A stretch of DNA of 64,000 nucleotides from Shinella sp. (lineage in GTDB: Bacteria > Pseudomonadota > Alphaproteobacteria > Rhizobiales > Rhizobiaceae), in NCBI GenBank assembly GCA_052438035.1, contig JBQVPF010000013.1:28532-92531 (forward strand), given 5' to 3'. A model generated the notes under the pieces. It did no database searches, had not been told where the DNA came from, and saw nothing but the letters and a program-made list of their open reading frames with translations. The position numbers were made by a program, and so were the translations under genes. Positions within the stretch are counted from its first letter, which is position 1. The number at the start of each line of letters is the position of its first letter. Shown here piece by piece: positions 55,856-64,000 of the stretch.

Positions 55856-58800
55856 GCGGGCTTCTCCAATGGCGGCTGCATGCGCCTGGAGAAGGGTGCG
55901 GATAGTTTGCAGGGGATGCGGAATGTGTCGCTGGGCCATCAGTTTCACCTGTGAACGGCAAGAATAGCCCGTCGCCATGACCACGTCATCCGTTCCCGCA
56001 CTTGCGAGGGCTGGCTGCCAGCTCATGGCATAGAGTTTTTCCGAAAGCGCGCGGTTGCGCACCTCATGACCAAACATGCCTGCCATGCCGCAGCAGCCGG
56101 CCTCGATGACGGAAAGCTCGATGCCCAGTTTTGCGAAGACCGCACCCCATTGGCTGGCGGCCGCCGGCAGGTTGCTGCGTTCCGTGCAATGCGCCATCAG
56201 CCGGTAAAGCGGTCGGTCGCCCACGGCAACGGGTGAGGGCAGCCGCTCGATTGATTGCGCCAGCCATTCCTGCGGCAGCAGGACGCGAGCACGCAGCCGT
56301 GTCGCGCCATATTCGCTGCGATAGGCGAGCGTCATCGAGGGATCGATGCCAACCAGCGCCACTCCGGTATCGGCCATACGGTCGAGCTGCCGCGCCGTCC
56401 GCCCTGCTGCTCTCTCAAAAGCGCCAAGATACCCGAGCACGTGCAACGCCTTGCAGTTGCCGAGCGGCGGCGCGAGGAAGGGCCGAAACCCGAGGAGGGC
56501 CGCGACATCGATGGCGGCGGACAGTACCTGCGGGTCGAAATGTTCGGTAAAGGCGTCGGGCACGAAGATAACCGTGCTGGCCCGTTCCTTCCCGCTCAGG
56601 CTCGCGAGTGCCTGCGGTGTTGCAATGGCGACGCTGCGGCGAAGCGAAGGGGCGGGCAGGGCAGGAAGTGCCGTCAGGCCCACTATACGCATCGCCGTCC
56701 GGCCGATCGTGGAACTGACGACGAGATTGTAGAGCGGTCGCGTTCGCGCCATCAACGGCAACATCGTTTCGATGGCCGCGACGACCGGGTCTTTAAGGGG
56801 CCGCAGATAGCGTCCGTAATAGAGTTCGAGGAATTTGGAACGGAAGGCGGGTACGCTCACCTTGACGGGACACTGGCCGGCACAGGCCTTGCAGGCGAGG
56901 CAGGTATCCATCGCCTCCCGCACCTCATGGGAGAAGTCGTCGCGGTTTGCGGGGTTGAGCGAGTTCCACATGCGTCTTACCAGCACTAGGGCGGCGCTCG
57001 AGCGGCGCAGGCGTTCCGCCTCCCGGCGCGGATCGACGCCCTTTTCGGCAAGCCGGCGAAGCCATTCCCGCATCAGCGAGGCGCGGCCCTTCGGTGAAAA
57101 CCGTCGGTCGCGTGTCGCCTTGTAGGAAGGGCACATCAGCCCATCGGCATCGAAATCGAAACAGGCGCCGTTGCCGTTGCAATAGGCCGCATTGTCGAAA
57201 GCGGCGCGGATGTCGTTGCCGATGATGCGGTCGAGGCCACCACGCAAAGGAATGTCGTCGATCTTCGGCAGAGCGCTGCCGGCAGGCGCAACGATCTTGC
57301 CAGGGTTTAATTGGTTGAGCGGGTCGAAGGCCTGCTTGATTTCCTGCAAGCGCGGATAGAGCGGGCCGAAGAAGGCCGGCACATATTCCGAGCGCACCCC
57401 CTTGCCGTGTTCGCCCCAGAGAACACCACCGTATTTTTGCGTCAGCGCGACGACGGCGTCACTGATCCGCCGTACGAGCGCAGCATGATCCGCGCGGGTC
57501 AGATCGAGCGCAGGGCGCACATGCAGCACGCCCGCATCCACGTGGCCGAACATGCCGTAGGTCAACCCTTCTCCATCGAGCAGTGCCCGAAATTCGCGAA
57601 TATAGGCGGCGAGATGTGCCGGCGGAACGGCGGTATCCTCGACGAAGGGCACTGGGCGGATCGGGCCATCGACATTGCCAAGCAGGCCGACCGCCCGCTT
57701 GCGCATCGTCCAGATGGCGTCGATATCGGCCTTGCCATGCGTTGTGGTAAAGCCCTTCCGGCCGGGGAAGGGGGTACCTTCGAGTGCCGCGCGGACGACG
57801 GCGAGTTTTGCGGCAAGATCCCCCGAGGTGTCGGCCAAGACTTCGACAATGTTGATGCCGTTCGCCGGCCCGTCGGCATCGTCCGGAAAAAAGGCTGCGA
57901 TACGCGGCCAGACACTGTCGCCCTTGGCAAGCCGCAGGACCGTCTCATCGATCGTCTCGACCGAGGCAACATTGAGAGCGACGAGCGTGCGGGCGTCTTC
58001 GAGCGCGGCATTGAAATTGTCGTAGCGGATGTTGATGAGCGCCGCGCAGGCGGGAATTGGTAACAACGCCAGTTCCGCCTCGGCGATCATCGCAAGCGTG
58101 CCTTCGGATCCGCAAAGCACCGCGTTCAGGTCGAAAAGACCATCCTCGCGCTGGAGATGGGCGAGGTCATAGCCGGTCATGAAGCGGTTGAGCTTCGGAA
58201 AAATCGCCTCGATCTGCTCGCGGTTGTCGGTTGCGATGCGAGCGAGCGTCCTGTGGATATGACCGATGCGGTCGCGCCGGGCCTGAAGCGCCCGCAATTC
58301 TTCTTCCCGCACGGGGCGGGAGAGAAAATCGGTGCCGTCCGTCAAAACCACGCGCAGGGCGAGGACGTGGTTGCTGGTCTTTCCGTAAAGGCAGGATCCC
58401 TGACCGCAGGCATCGGTCGAGACCATGCCGCCGATCGTCGCCCGGTTGGAAGTGGAAAGCTCCGGTGCGAAGAACAGGCCGTAAGGTTCCAATGCCTTGT
58501 TCAACTGGTCCTTGACGACGCCGGCCTCCACGCGTGCGGTTCGACGGACCGGATCGATCTCGATGATCCTGTTCATGTGGCGCGAGCAGTCGACAACGAT
58601 ACCGTTTGTCAGCGACTGGCCATTCGTACCCGTGCCGCCGCCGCGCGGCGCAATCGTGATGCTTGAGAATTCAGGTCGTGCGAGGGTCTTGGCAATGCGT
58701 TTGAGATCGTCGATTTTTTTCGGAAACAGCACGCCTACAGGCGCCACCTGGTAGATGGAATTGTCGGTGGAATAGACAGTGCGCTCCGAAGCATCGGTGC

Positions 58801-58894
58801 CCACGTCACCCTCGAACCCTGTGGAGGCGAGATGTTTGAAAAAGCCGGTATTGGGTGTCGAAACGCTCCGGTTGGTGTCGAGGCGGGGGATCAT
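55847..58894 (-). CDS. FAD-binding and (Fe-S)-binding fusion dehydrogenase, YdiJ-like (D-2-hydroxyacid dehydrogenase type)
   Basis: 1015 aa from ATG 58894 (MIPRLD..., compare E. coli YdiJ MIPQIS...). FAD-PCMH domain (PRGGGTGTNGQS), FAD-oxidase C domain, two CxxCxxC clusters (CLACKACAGQCP) and C-terminal CCG domains (CCGMAGMFG). Confidence 0.8.
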   Translation of the reverse strand: MIPRLDTNRSVSTPNTGFFKHLASTGFEGDVGTDASERTVYSTDNSIYQVAPVGVLFPKKIDDLKRIAKTLARPEFSSITIAPRGGGTGTNGQSLTNGIVVDCSRHMNRIIEIDPVRRTARVEAGVVKDQLNKALEPYGLFFAPELSTSNRATIGGMVSTDACGQGSCLYGKTSNHVLALRVVLTDGTDFLSRPVREEELRALQARRDRIGHIHRTLARIATDNREQIEAIFPKLNRFMTGYDLAHLQREDGLFDLNAVLCGSEGTLAMIAEAELALLPIPACAALINIRYDNFNAALEDARTLVALNVASVETIDETVLRLAKGDSVWPRIAAFFPDDADGPANGINIVEVLADTSGDLAAKLAVVRAALEGTPFPGRKGFTTTHGKADIDAIWTMRKRAVGLLGNVDGPIRPVPFVEDTAVPPAHLAAYIREFRALLDGEGLTYGMFGHVDAGVLHVRPALDLTRADHAALVRRISDAVVALTQKYGGVLWGEHGKGVRSEYVPAFFGPLYPRLQEIKQAFDPLNQLNPGKIVAPAGSALPKIDDIPLRGGLDRIIGNDIRAAFDNAAYCNGNGACFDFDADGLMCPSYKATRDRRFSPKGRASLMREWLRRLAEKGVDPRREAERLRRSSAALVLVRRMWNSLNPANRDDFSHEVREAMDTCLACKACAGQCPVKVSVPAFRSKFLELYYGRYLRPLKDPVVAAIETMLPLMARTRPLYNLVVSSTIGRTAMRIVGLTALPALPAPSLRRSVAIATPQALASLSGKERASTVIFVPDAFTEHFDPQVLSAAIDVAALLGFRPFLAPPLGNCKALHVLGYLGAFERAAGRTARQLDRMADTGVALVGIDPSMTLAYRSEYGATRLRARVLLPQEWLAQSIERLPSPVAVGDRPLYRLMAHCTERSNLPAAASQWGAVFAKLGIELSVIEAGCCGMAGMFGHEVRNRALSEKLYAMSWQPALASAGTDDVVMATGYSCRSQVKLMAQRHIPHPLQTIRTLLQAHAAAIGEARHV

Positions 58895-58933
58895 GGCGGA
58901 TTCCAAAAACGGCTTGCGCTTCGCTAATGTTGG

Positions 58934-58954
58934 CATATAAGTGATAACATACCA
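58934..58954. promoter_or_regulatory. Operator-like motif Sc (putative GntR box), ydiJ-like/SDR divergent region
   Basis: CATATAAGTGATAACATACC shares the 10-mer ATAAGTGATA with Sa. Flanking ATAT/CATAC mirror the GTATG/ATAT of Sa. About 40 nt from each divergent start. Confidence 0.45.
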
Positions 58955-58991
58955 ATATGGCGGTGCAACCCGAAAACGCGAGGTTTGAAAC

Positions 58992-59741
58992 TTGAAGAAC
59001 CAGTCTGTTGTCATCGTCGGTGGCGCTTCGGGCCTCGGGCTCACGACGGCGAAGCTGATGGCCGCGCATGGCGCGACGAAGATCGGCCTCATCGATCGCA
59101 ACGAGGCGCTGCTCACATCCGCTGCGGCGGAACTGCTGGCGCTCGGCGTCGAGGTAGCGACCGCGGTGGCGGATATTTCCCGTGCCGAAACGGCGCATGC
59201 CGGCTTCGATGCCGTTGCCGCCAAACTCGGCCGCGTCCATGCCCTCGTCAACAGCGCAGCAATCTACCCGCGCAAGGCTATTCTCGACATCACCGATGAA
59301 GATTGGGATCTCGAAAATGCGATCAATGTCAAAGGCACCTACCATATGATGGTCGCGGCCGTGCGCCACATGCGCCAGTTCGTGAGCGCGCCGGATGTCA
59401 CTGGCCGTATCGTGAACATTACCTCGGTCGATGCGTTCAAGGCCCATCCGCAGAATGCGCATTATGCCGCGACCAAGGCCGCGGTCGTTAGCCTGACGAA
59501 ATCCTTCGCGCAGGAATGCGCCAAGGACCAGATCCTCGTGAACTCCGTGGCGCCCGCCGGCTTTGCTACCGACCGCGCCAAGGAACTCGGCTTTCTGCCG
59601 GAACTGGCGAAAGCCAGCGCGCTCGGCCGCGCCGCCAAACCGGTTGAAATGGCCGAATGGATCGTCATGATGGCATCGAGCCGCAATACCTATGCGACCG
59701 GTGAGAATGTCGTGATCAGCGGGGGATATATCTATGTCTGA
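58992..59741 (+). CDS. SDR-family oxidoreductase
   Basis: VGGASGLGL glycine motif and catalytic [11 protein letters not shown] start at 58992 with GAGG 8 nt upstream. Confidence 0.8.
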   Translation: MKNQSVVIVGGASGLGLTTAKLMAAHGATKIGLIDRNEALLTSAAAELLALGVEVATAVADISRAETAHAGFDAVAAKLGRVHALVNSAAIYPRKAILDITDEDWDLENAINVKGTYHMMVAAVRHMRQFVSAPDVTGRIVNITSVDAFKAHPQNAHYAATKAAVVSLTKSFAQECAKDQILVNSVAPAGFATDRAKELGFLPELAKASALGRAAKPVEMAEWIVMMASSRNTYATGENVVISGGYIYV

Positions 59742-60477
59742 CGTCTACCGCGTTGCCGTCGTCACGGGCGCGACCAGCGGCATCGGCAAGGCCATCGTGC
59801 CGATGCTGCGCAAGCGTGGGCTTGACGTCTACGCCATCGGGCGCAACGAGGCGCAACTAGCCGAACTGGCGAAGACAAGCGGCGCGATCCCCGTGCAGGC
59901 GGATGTACGCGATAGCGCGCGCATCGCCGACGCGCTGGCCGGCGTCGAGGTCGATATCCTCGTCAACAATGCAGGCATCCTCTCGACCCGTGCAGCCTTC
60001 CAGGACATCGACCCCGCCGAAATCGACGCGATGGTCGATATCAATCTCAAGGCGCCGATGCACCTGACGCGCATCGTCCTGCCGGGCATGGTTTCGCGCA
60101 AACGCGGACACCTCATCTATATAGGCTCCAGCGGCGGGCAGGCGGCGTTTCCGGGCATGGGTGCCTACGGCCCCTCGAAAGCGGGCCTCAGCCTCTTTTG
60201 CGATAATTTGCGCTGCGATCTGCTCGGAACCTCGGTCCGCGTCAGCGAGATCGTGCCCGGCCGCGTGCAGACGGCGCTGTATCGCACCTCGATCCCGGAC
60301 AATCAGGCGAGCGCCGTGCTCTATGACGGCTATCGGCCGATCCAGCCGGAAAACATCGCGCAGATCGTCAACGACGTGATTGCGCTGCCCGTCTATGTCG
60401 ACGTCGCGCGCGTCGAGGTTTTCCCGACCGACCAGGCGACCGGCGGTGGATCCATGGTAAGATTTCCGGCAAGCTGA
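59734..60477 (+). CDS. SDR-family oxidoreductase
   Basis: [15 protein letters not shown] and YGPSKAGL motifs. 8-nt overlap with the preceding SDR. Confidence 0.85.
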   Translation: MSDVYRVAVVTGATSGIGKAIVPMLRKRGLDVYAIGRNEAQLAELAKTSGAIPVQADVRDSARIADALAGVEVDILVNNAGILSTRAAFQDIDPAEIDAMVDINLKAPMHLTRIVLPGMVSRKRGHLIYIGSSGGQAAFPGMGAYGPSKAGLSLFCDNLRCDLLGTSVRVSEIVPGRVQTALYRTSIPDNQASAVLYDGYRPIQPENIAQIVNDVIALPVYVDVARVEVFPTDQATGGGSMVRFPAS

Positions 60478-60492
60478 GGTCCTGGAGGCGCC

Positions 60493-60687
60493 ATGTCCGG
60501 CAACGACGACAAGAAAACGCGGGAAGAAAAGCCGGATCTCATCCGGCACTATCGCCCGGTTGCCATCCGTTCGGTTCTGGCTGCCCATGCGATGATCCCG
60601 AGAAAGCACGAACCCGTGCCCCCCGATCCCCCGGCGGGCACGGGTTTCGCCCTGCCATCAGGCTTTCACGCGGTTCCAGACGATTGA
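60493..60687 (+). CDS. Hypothetical small protein (64 aa), doubtful
   Basis: GGAGG lies 4 nt upstream of ATG 60493 and third positions are moderately G/C-biased. However, a strong hairpin lies inside the ORF and no family was recognised. Confidence 0.2.
   Translation: MSGNDDKKTREEKPDLIRHYRPVAIRSVLAAHAMIPRKHEPVPPDPPAGTGFALPSGFHAVPDD
60611..60646. terminator. 10-bp hairpin downstream of the SDR pair
   Basis: AACCCGTGCC-N16-GGCACGGGTT followed by T. Candidate terminator for the SDR operon. Confidence 0.4.
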
Positions 60688-60974
60688 AATTTTAGGCCCG
60701 CGGGAGACCAGACCATATTCTGTGACCTGTGCGCGCGCCACCCGATCTCCGGTGGCCGCGCCCCCAAGCCGGCGTGACGTGAATGTGATGACGTGGCGCG
60801 GGTCGATACCTTCATCGCTCCCGGCCGGGATGCTAGCGCCGAAATCCAATCGAAAACGAGCCCGTTTGGGGATCAGCGCAATCGCCAAACAGGCGAATTC
60901 TGGTCGTAAAACCTGACGGCCAGCATCCACCCATTCCGACGCCGCATCGAAACCGTTGATAAGTCACCATAGCT

Positions 60975-61005
60975 GTTGACGCATTTTTTACCTCGTCTAC
61001 TATAT
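60975..61005 (+). promoter_or_regulatory. Promoter candidate for the riboswitch-nrdHIE transcript
   Basis: GTTGAC(G) at 60975-60981, then 17-19 nt, then ACTATA/CTATAT at 60999-61005. It sits just upstream of the first riboswitch helix. Confidence 0.35.
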
Positions 61006-61014
61006 CTTGTGTTC

Positions 61015-61205
61015 GAGGTTCCTTCGATTCGAAAAGATCGAAGGCTAAGACGGGAATCCGGGGCGGCCATGATGGCCGCGTCAATCCGGAGCTGCCCCCG
61101 CAACTGTATGCGGCGAGCATTCGTTCGATGAAGCCACTGAGGCGTAAATGCCCTGGGAAGGTGAACGGATGCCGCGACCCGCAAGCCAGGAGACCTGCCT
61201 CGTAC
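61015..61205 (+). promoter_or_regulatory. Cobalamin (B12) riboswitch
   Basis: Conserved core GACGGGAATCCGG...GTCAATCCGGAGCTGCCCCCGCAACTGTA...GAAGCCACTG...CCTGGGAAGG... and the B12 box AAGCCAGGAGACCTGCC at 61183-61199. It lies on the same strand as, and upstream of, nrdH. Confidence 0.85.
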
Positions 61206-61463
61206 ATGAATGTCCACGGGCGGGGTGTCCGGAAGGCGAGCGTTGGGTTGCGGAATGATGTCGCGCCCCGTCTCCCCGTATGCCTCGCATTATTGCTTCG
61301 GGGTGAAGTTATGTCGATCCTGTTTCCAGTGCATCCGCGCGAGTAAGCGGCGCTTCGTGCCCGGCCGTCTCAGGCGGCCATCTGCGTATCTCCAGTTTTT
61401 CGAGCGGCCATCGGCGGACGGCTGAACGATTTCCCATGCCCGCGCCAAACGACGAGGAAAATC

Positions 61464-61685
61464 ATGTCTATTACTGTCTACTCCAAGCCCGCCTGCGTCC
61501 AGTGCACCGCAACCACCCGTGCGCTCGACCGCCAGGGCCTCGGTTACCGGATTGTCGACGTTTCAGAGGACGCCGATGCATTCGCCCTCGTGCAGGGGCT
61601 CGGTTATCGTCAGGTTCCCGTTGTCGTCGCCGGTGAGCGGCATTGGGCCGGCTTCCGTCCGGACATGATCAGCGCGCTTGCCTGA
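61464..61685 (+). CDS. nrdH: Glutaredoxin-like protein NrdH
   Basis: 73 aa with the redox motif CVQC, and YRQVPVV...WAGFRPD typical of NrdH. RBS GAGGA. Confidence 0.9.
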   Translation: MSITVYSKPACVQCTATTRALDRQGLGYRIVDVSEDADAFALVQGLGYRQVPVVVAGERHWAGFRPDMISALA

Positions 61686-61695
61686 GCGTCACGCG

Positions 61696-62103
61696 GTGGC
61701 CGAGCTTATCTATTTTTCTACCCGGTCGGAAAACACCCATCGTTTCGTTCAAAAGCTCGGCCTCCCGGCCTCCCGCATCTCGCTTCGCACCGATGAGGCG
61801 CTCGAGGCAAAGGCGCCCTTCGTGCTCGTCGTGCCGACCTATTGCGGCGAGGACGGCAATGGGGGCGTCAAGGGCGCCGTTCCCAAGCAGGTGATCCGCT
61901 TCTTGAACGATGCGGAAAACCGCTCGCACCTTCGCGGCGTGATCGCCGCGGGCAACAGCAATTTCGGCGCGACCTTCGGGATCGCCGGCGACGTCATTTC
62001 CGCCAAATGCGGCGTGCCGTACCTCTACCGCTTCGAGCTTTTGGGCACGGCGGAAGACGTCGCCAACGTCAAACAGGGATTGGAACGATTTTGGACACGA
62101 TGA
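61696..62103 (+). CDS. nrdI: Class Ib ribonucleotide reductase flavodoxin-like protein NrdI
   Basis: [20 protein letters not shown]...[11 protein letters not shown]...GNSNFG...[10 protein letters not shown] parallels E. coli NrdI. The GTG 61696 start was chosen by N-terminal alignment from memory; TTG 61678 is an alternative. Confidence 0.85.
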   Translation: MAELIYFSTRSENTHRFVQKLGLPASRISLRTDEALEAKAPFVLVVPTYCGEDGNGGVKGAVPKQVIRFLNDAENRSHLRGVIAAGNSNFGATFGIAGDVISAKCGVPYLYRFELLGTAEDVANVKQGLERFWTR

Positions 62104-64000
62104 CGCTCGACAAGCCAATCAAGGCCCCGGAGATCACGGCGCTGGATTACCACGCGCTGAATGCGATGCTGAACCTCTACGACGAGGGAGGAAAAATCCA
62201 ACTCGGCAAGGACCGGCTTGCGGCCAAGCAGTACTTCCTCCAACACGTCAACCAGAACACCGTGTTCTTCCATAACCTTCGGGAGAAACTCGATTATCTG
62301 GTGACCGAGGGTTACTATGAGCAGGAGGTGCTGGACCAGTATTCGTTCAACTTCGTGCGCGATCTGTTCGACCACGCCTATGACAAGAAATTCCGCTTTC
62401 CCACCTTCCTCGGCGCCTTCAAATATTACACGTCCTATACGCTGAAGACCTTTGACGGAAAGCGCTACCTGGAACGCTATGAGGACCGCGTCTGCATGGT
62501 GGCGCTGGCGCTGGCGCGCGGCAACGAGCAGATTGCCCGCGACCTCGTCGACGAGGTCATTTCGGGCCGTTTCCAGCCGGCGACGCCGACCTTCCTCAAT
62601 GCCGGCAAGAAACAGCGTGGCGAGCTCGTTTCGTGTTTTCTGCTGCGGATCGAAGACAACATGGAGAGCATCGGACGGTCGATCAATTCTGCTTTGCAAC
62701 TCTCCAAGCGCGGCGGCGGCGTGGCGCTCTCGCTGACGAACCTTCGCGAGATGGGAGCGCCGATCAAGCAGATCGAAAACCAGTCCTCCGGTGTCATCCC
62801 GGTGATGAAGCTCTTGGAAGATTCCTTCTCCTACGCCAACCAGCTTGGCGCGCGACAGGGCGCTGGCGCGGTCTATCTCAACGCCCATCATCCCGACATC
62901 ATGCGCTTCCTCGATACCAAGCGCGAAAACGCCGACGAGAAGATTCGCATCAAGACGCTGTCGCTTGGCGTCGTCATCCCCGACATCACCTTCGAGCTCG
63001 CGAAGAACAACGAGGACATGTACCTGTTCTCGCCGCATGACGTGGAGCGCGTCTACGGCGTGGCCTTCAGCGAGATATCGGTGACGGAAAAGTACCGCGA
63101 GATGGTCGAGGACGCCCGCATCAAGAAGAAGAAGATCAAGGCGCGCGACTTCTTCCAGATCATCGCCGAGATCCAGTTCGAAAGCGGCTATCCGTACATC
63201 ATGTTCGAGGACACGGTGAACCGGGCAAACCCCATCGCCGGGCGCATCTCCATGAGCAACCTCTGCTCGGAAATCCTGCAGGTCAGCGAGCCGAGCACCT
63301 TCAACGACGACCTCTCCTATGCGACGATGGGCAAGGACATTTCCTGCAATCTCGGCTCGCTCAATATTGCCGCGGCGATGGACAGCCCCGATTTTGGCCA
63401 GACGATCGAGACTTCGATCCGGGCACTCACGGCCGTCTCCGAGATGAGCCATATCTCTTCGGTTCCCTCCGTCGAGAAGGGCAATGACGACAGCCACGCC
63501 ATCGGCCTCGGCCAGATGAACCTGCACGGCTACCTCGCCCGCGAGCGCATTTTCTATGGCTCGGAGGAGGGTATCGATTTCACCAATATCTATTTCTACA
63601 CGGTGACCTTCCACGCCATCCGTGCCTCGAACCGGCTGGCGGTCGAGAAGGGTGTAAGCTTCAAGGGCTTCGAGAACTCGAAATACGCCTCCGGAGAATA
63701 CTTCGACAAATACACCGAAGCGGAATGGCTGCCGGCGACGGAGAAGGTAAGGTCGATCTTCGAAGAGGCCGGTATCGCTATCCCGACGCAAGAGGACTGG
63801 CAGTCTCTGAAGACCGCAGTGATGACAGGTGGCCTCTACAACCAGAACCTCCAGGCCGTGCCGCCGACGGGCTCGATCTCCTACATCAACCACTCGACCT
63901 CTTCGATCCATCCAATCGTTTCGAAGATCGAGATCCGCAAGGAGGGCAAGATCGGCCGCGTCTACTACCCGGCCGCCTTCATGACCAACGACAATCTCGA
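62100..64000 (+). CDS. nrdE: Class Ib ribonucleotide reductase alpha subunit NrdE; 3' end cut by window edge
   Basis: I translated this ORF myself because it runs off the window and is absent from the track: [28 protein letters not shown]...[11 protein letters not shown]...SCFLL...NLCSEI...[16 protein letters not shown] overlap with the nrdI stop. Confidence 0.9.
   Translation, partial: MTLDKPIKAPEITALDYHALNAMLNLYDEGGKIQLGKDRLAAKQYFLQHVNQNTVFFHNLREKLDYLVTEGYYEQEVLDQYSFNFVRDLFDHAYDKKFRFPTFLGAFKYYTSYTLKTFDGKRYLERYEDRVCMVALALARGNEQIARDLVDEVISGRFQPATPTFLNAGKKQRGELVSCFLLRIEDNMESIGRSINSALQLSKRGGGVALSLTNLREMGAPIKQIENQSSGVIPVMKLLEDSFSYANQLGARQGAGAVYLNAHHPDIMRFLDTKRENADEKIRIKTLSLGVVIPDITFELAKNNEDMYLFSPHDVERVYGVAFSEISVTEKYREMVEDARIKKKKIKARDFFQIIAEIQFESGYPYIMFEDTVNRANPIAGRISMSNLCSEILQVSEPSTFNDDLSYATMGKDISCNLGSLNIAAAMDSPDFGQTIETSIRALTAVSEMSHISSVPSVEKGNDDSHAIGLGQMNLHGYLARERIFYGSEEGIDFTNIYFYTVTFHAIRASNRLAVEKGVSFKGFENSKYASGEYFDKYTEAEWLPATEKVRSIFEEAGIAIPTQEDWQSLKTAVMTGGLYNQNLQAVPPTGSISYINHSTSSIHPIVSKIEIRKEGKIGRVYYPAAFMTNDNL

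Noticed and set aside
61128-61425. ORFs 61128..61346 and 61210..61425 (+), and 60833..61217 and 61081..61290 (-), near nrdH.
   Set aside because: They overlap the cobalamin riboswitch aptamer and expression platform. There are no SDs and the translations are Arg/Cys-rich.

Overview
GC-rich, densely coding DNA that looks alphaproteobacterial (Rhizobiaceae-like protein families, REP-like intergenic hairpin elements). I support about 58 protein genes, and almost all are transport, catabolism or regulation. In order they are: (1) a polyamine-type ABC importer operon that continues into a GT1 glycosyltransferase, two tandem DUF861 cupins, an aldehyde dehydrogenase and a saccharopine-dehydrogenase-like enzyme. 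(2) A YafY/WYL regulator with a VOC protein, and a LysR regulator facing a quinone-oxidoreductase/ABM operon. (3) An IclR-centred locus with family III CoA-transferase, a signal-less SBP-fold protein, two MaoC hotdog paralogs, a sugar ABC importer, two enolase-superfamily dehydratases (one clearly L-fuconate dehydratase-like), an RhaM-type mutarotase, a Gfo/Idh/MocA dehydrogenase and an SDR. (4) An EamA exporter diverging from a XylD-like pentonate dehydratase. (5) Envelope genes (MarC, a large MscS-type channel, a DUF900 lipoprotein hydrolase, HlyD plus a DUF2955 efflux pair) and an orphan DUF3095 cyclase-like protein. (6) Lrp with diaminopropionate ammonia-lyase and an M20 amidohydrolase. 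(7) livFGMH plus SBP diverging from a six-gene operon (hyuA, hyuB, aminotransferase, Udh-like dehydrogenase, FAD oxidoreductase, ThDP enzyme), then a GntR regulator, a YdiJ-like flavo-FeS dehydrogenase and two SDRs. (8) A cobalamin riboswitch in front of nrdH-nrdI-nrdE, with nrdE cut by the window end. I found no rRNA, tRNA, CRISPR array, transposase, integrase or recognisable phage-defence genes. The best candidates for undescribed biology are two operator-linked regulons. One is the IclR regulon, which couples a 6-deoxy-sugar-acid pathway lacking its usual terminal enzymes to CoA-transferase/hotdog enzymes. The other is the GntR regulon, where a 17/18-nt matching operator links the liv/hyuAB operon, gntR and the ydiJ-like/SDR promoters. 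The polyamine-importer/GT1/cupin/ALDH/SDH-like operon and the DUF3095 protein are also worth a look. All family assignments come from reading the translations by eye and recalling family motifs. No database search was run.
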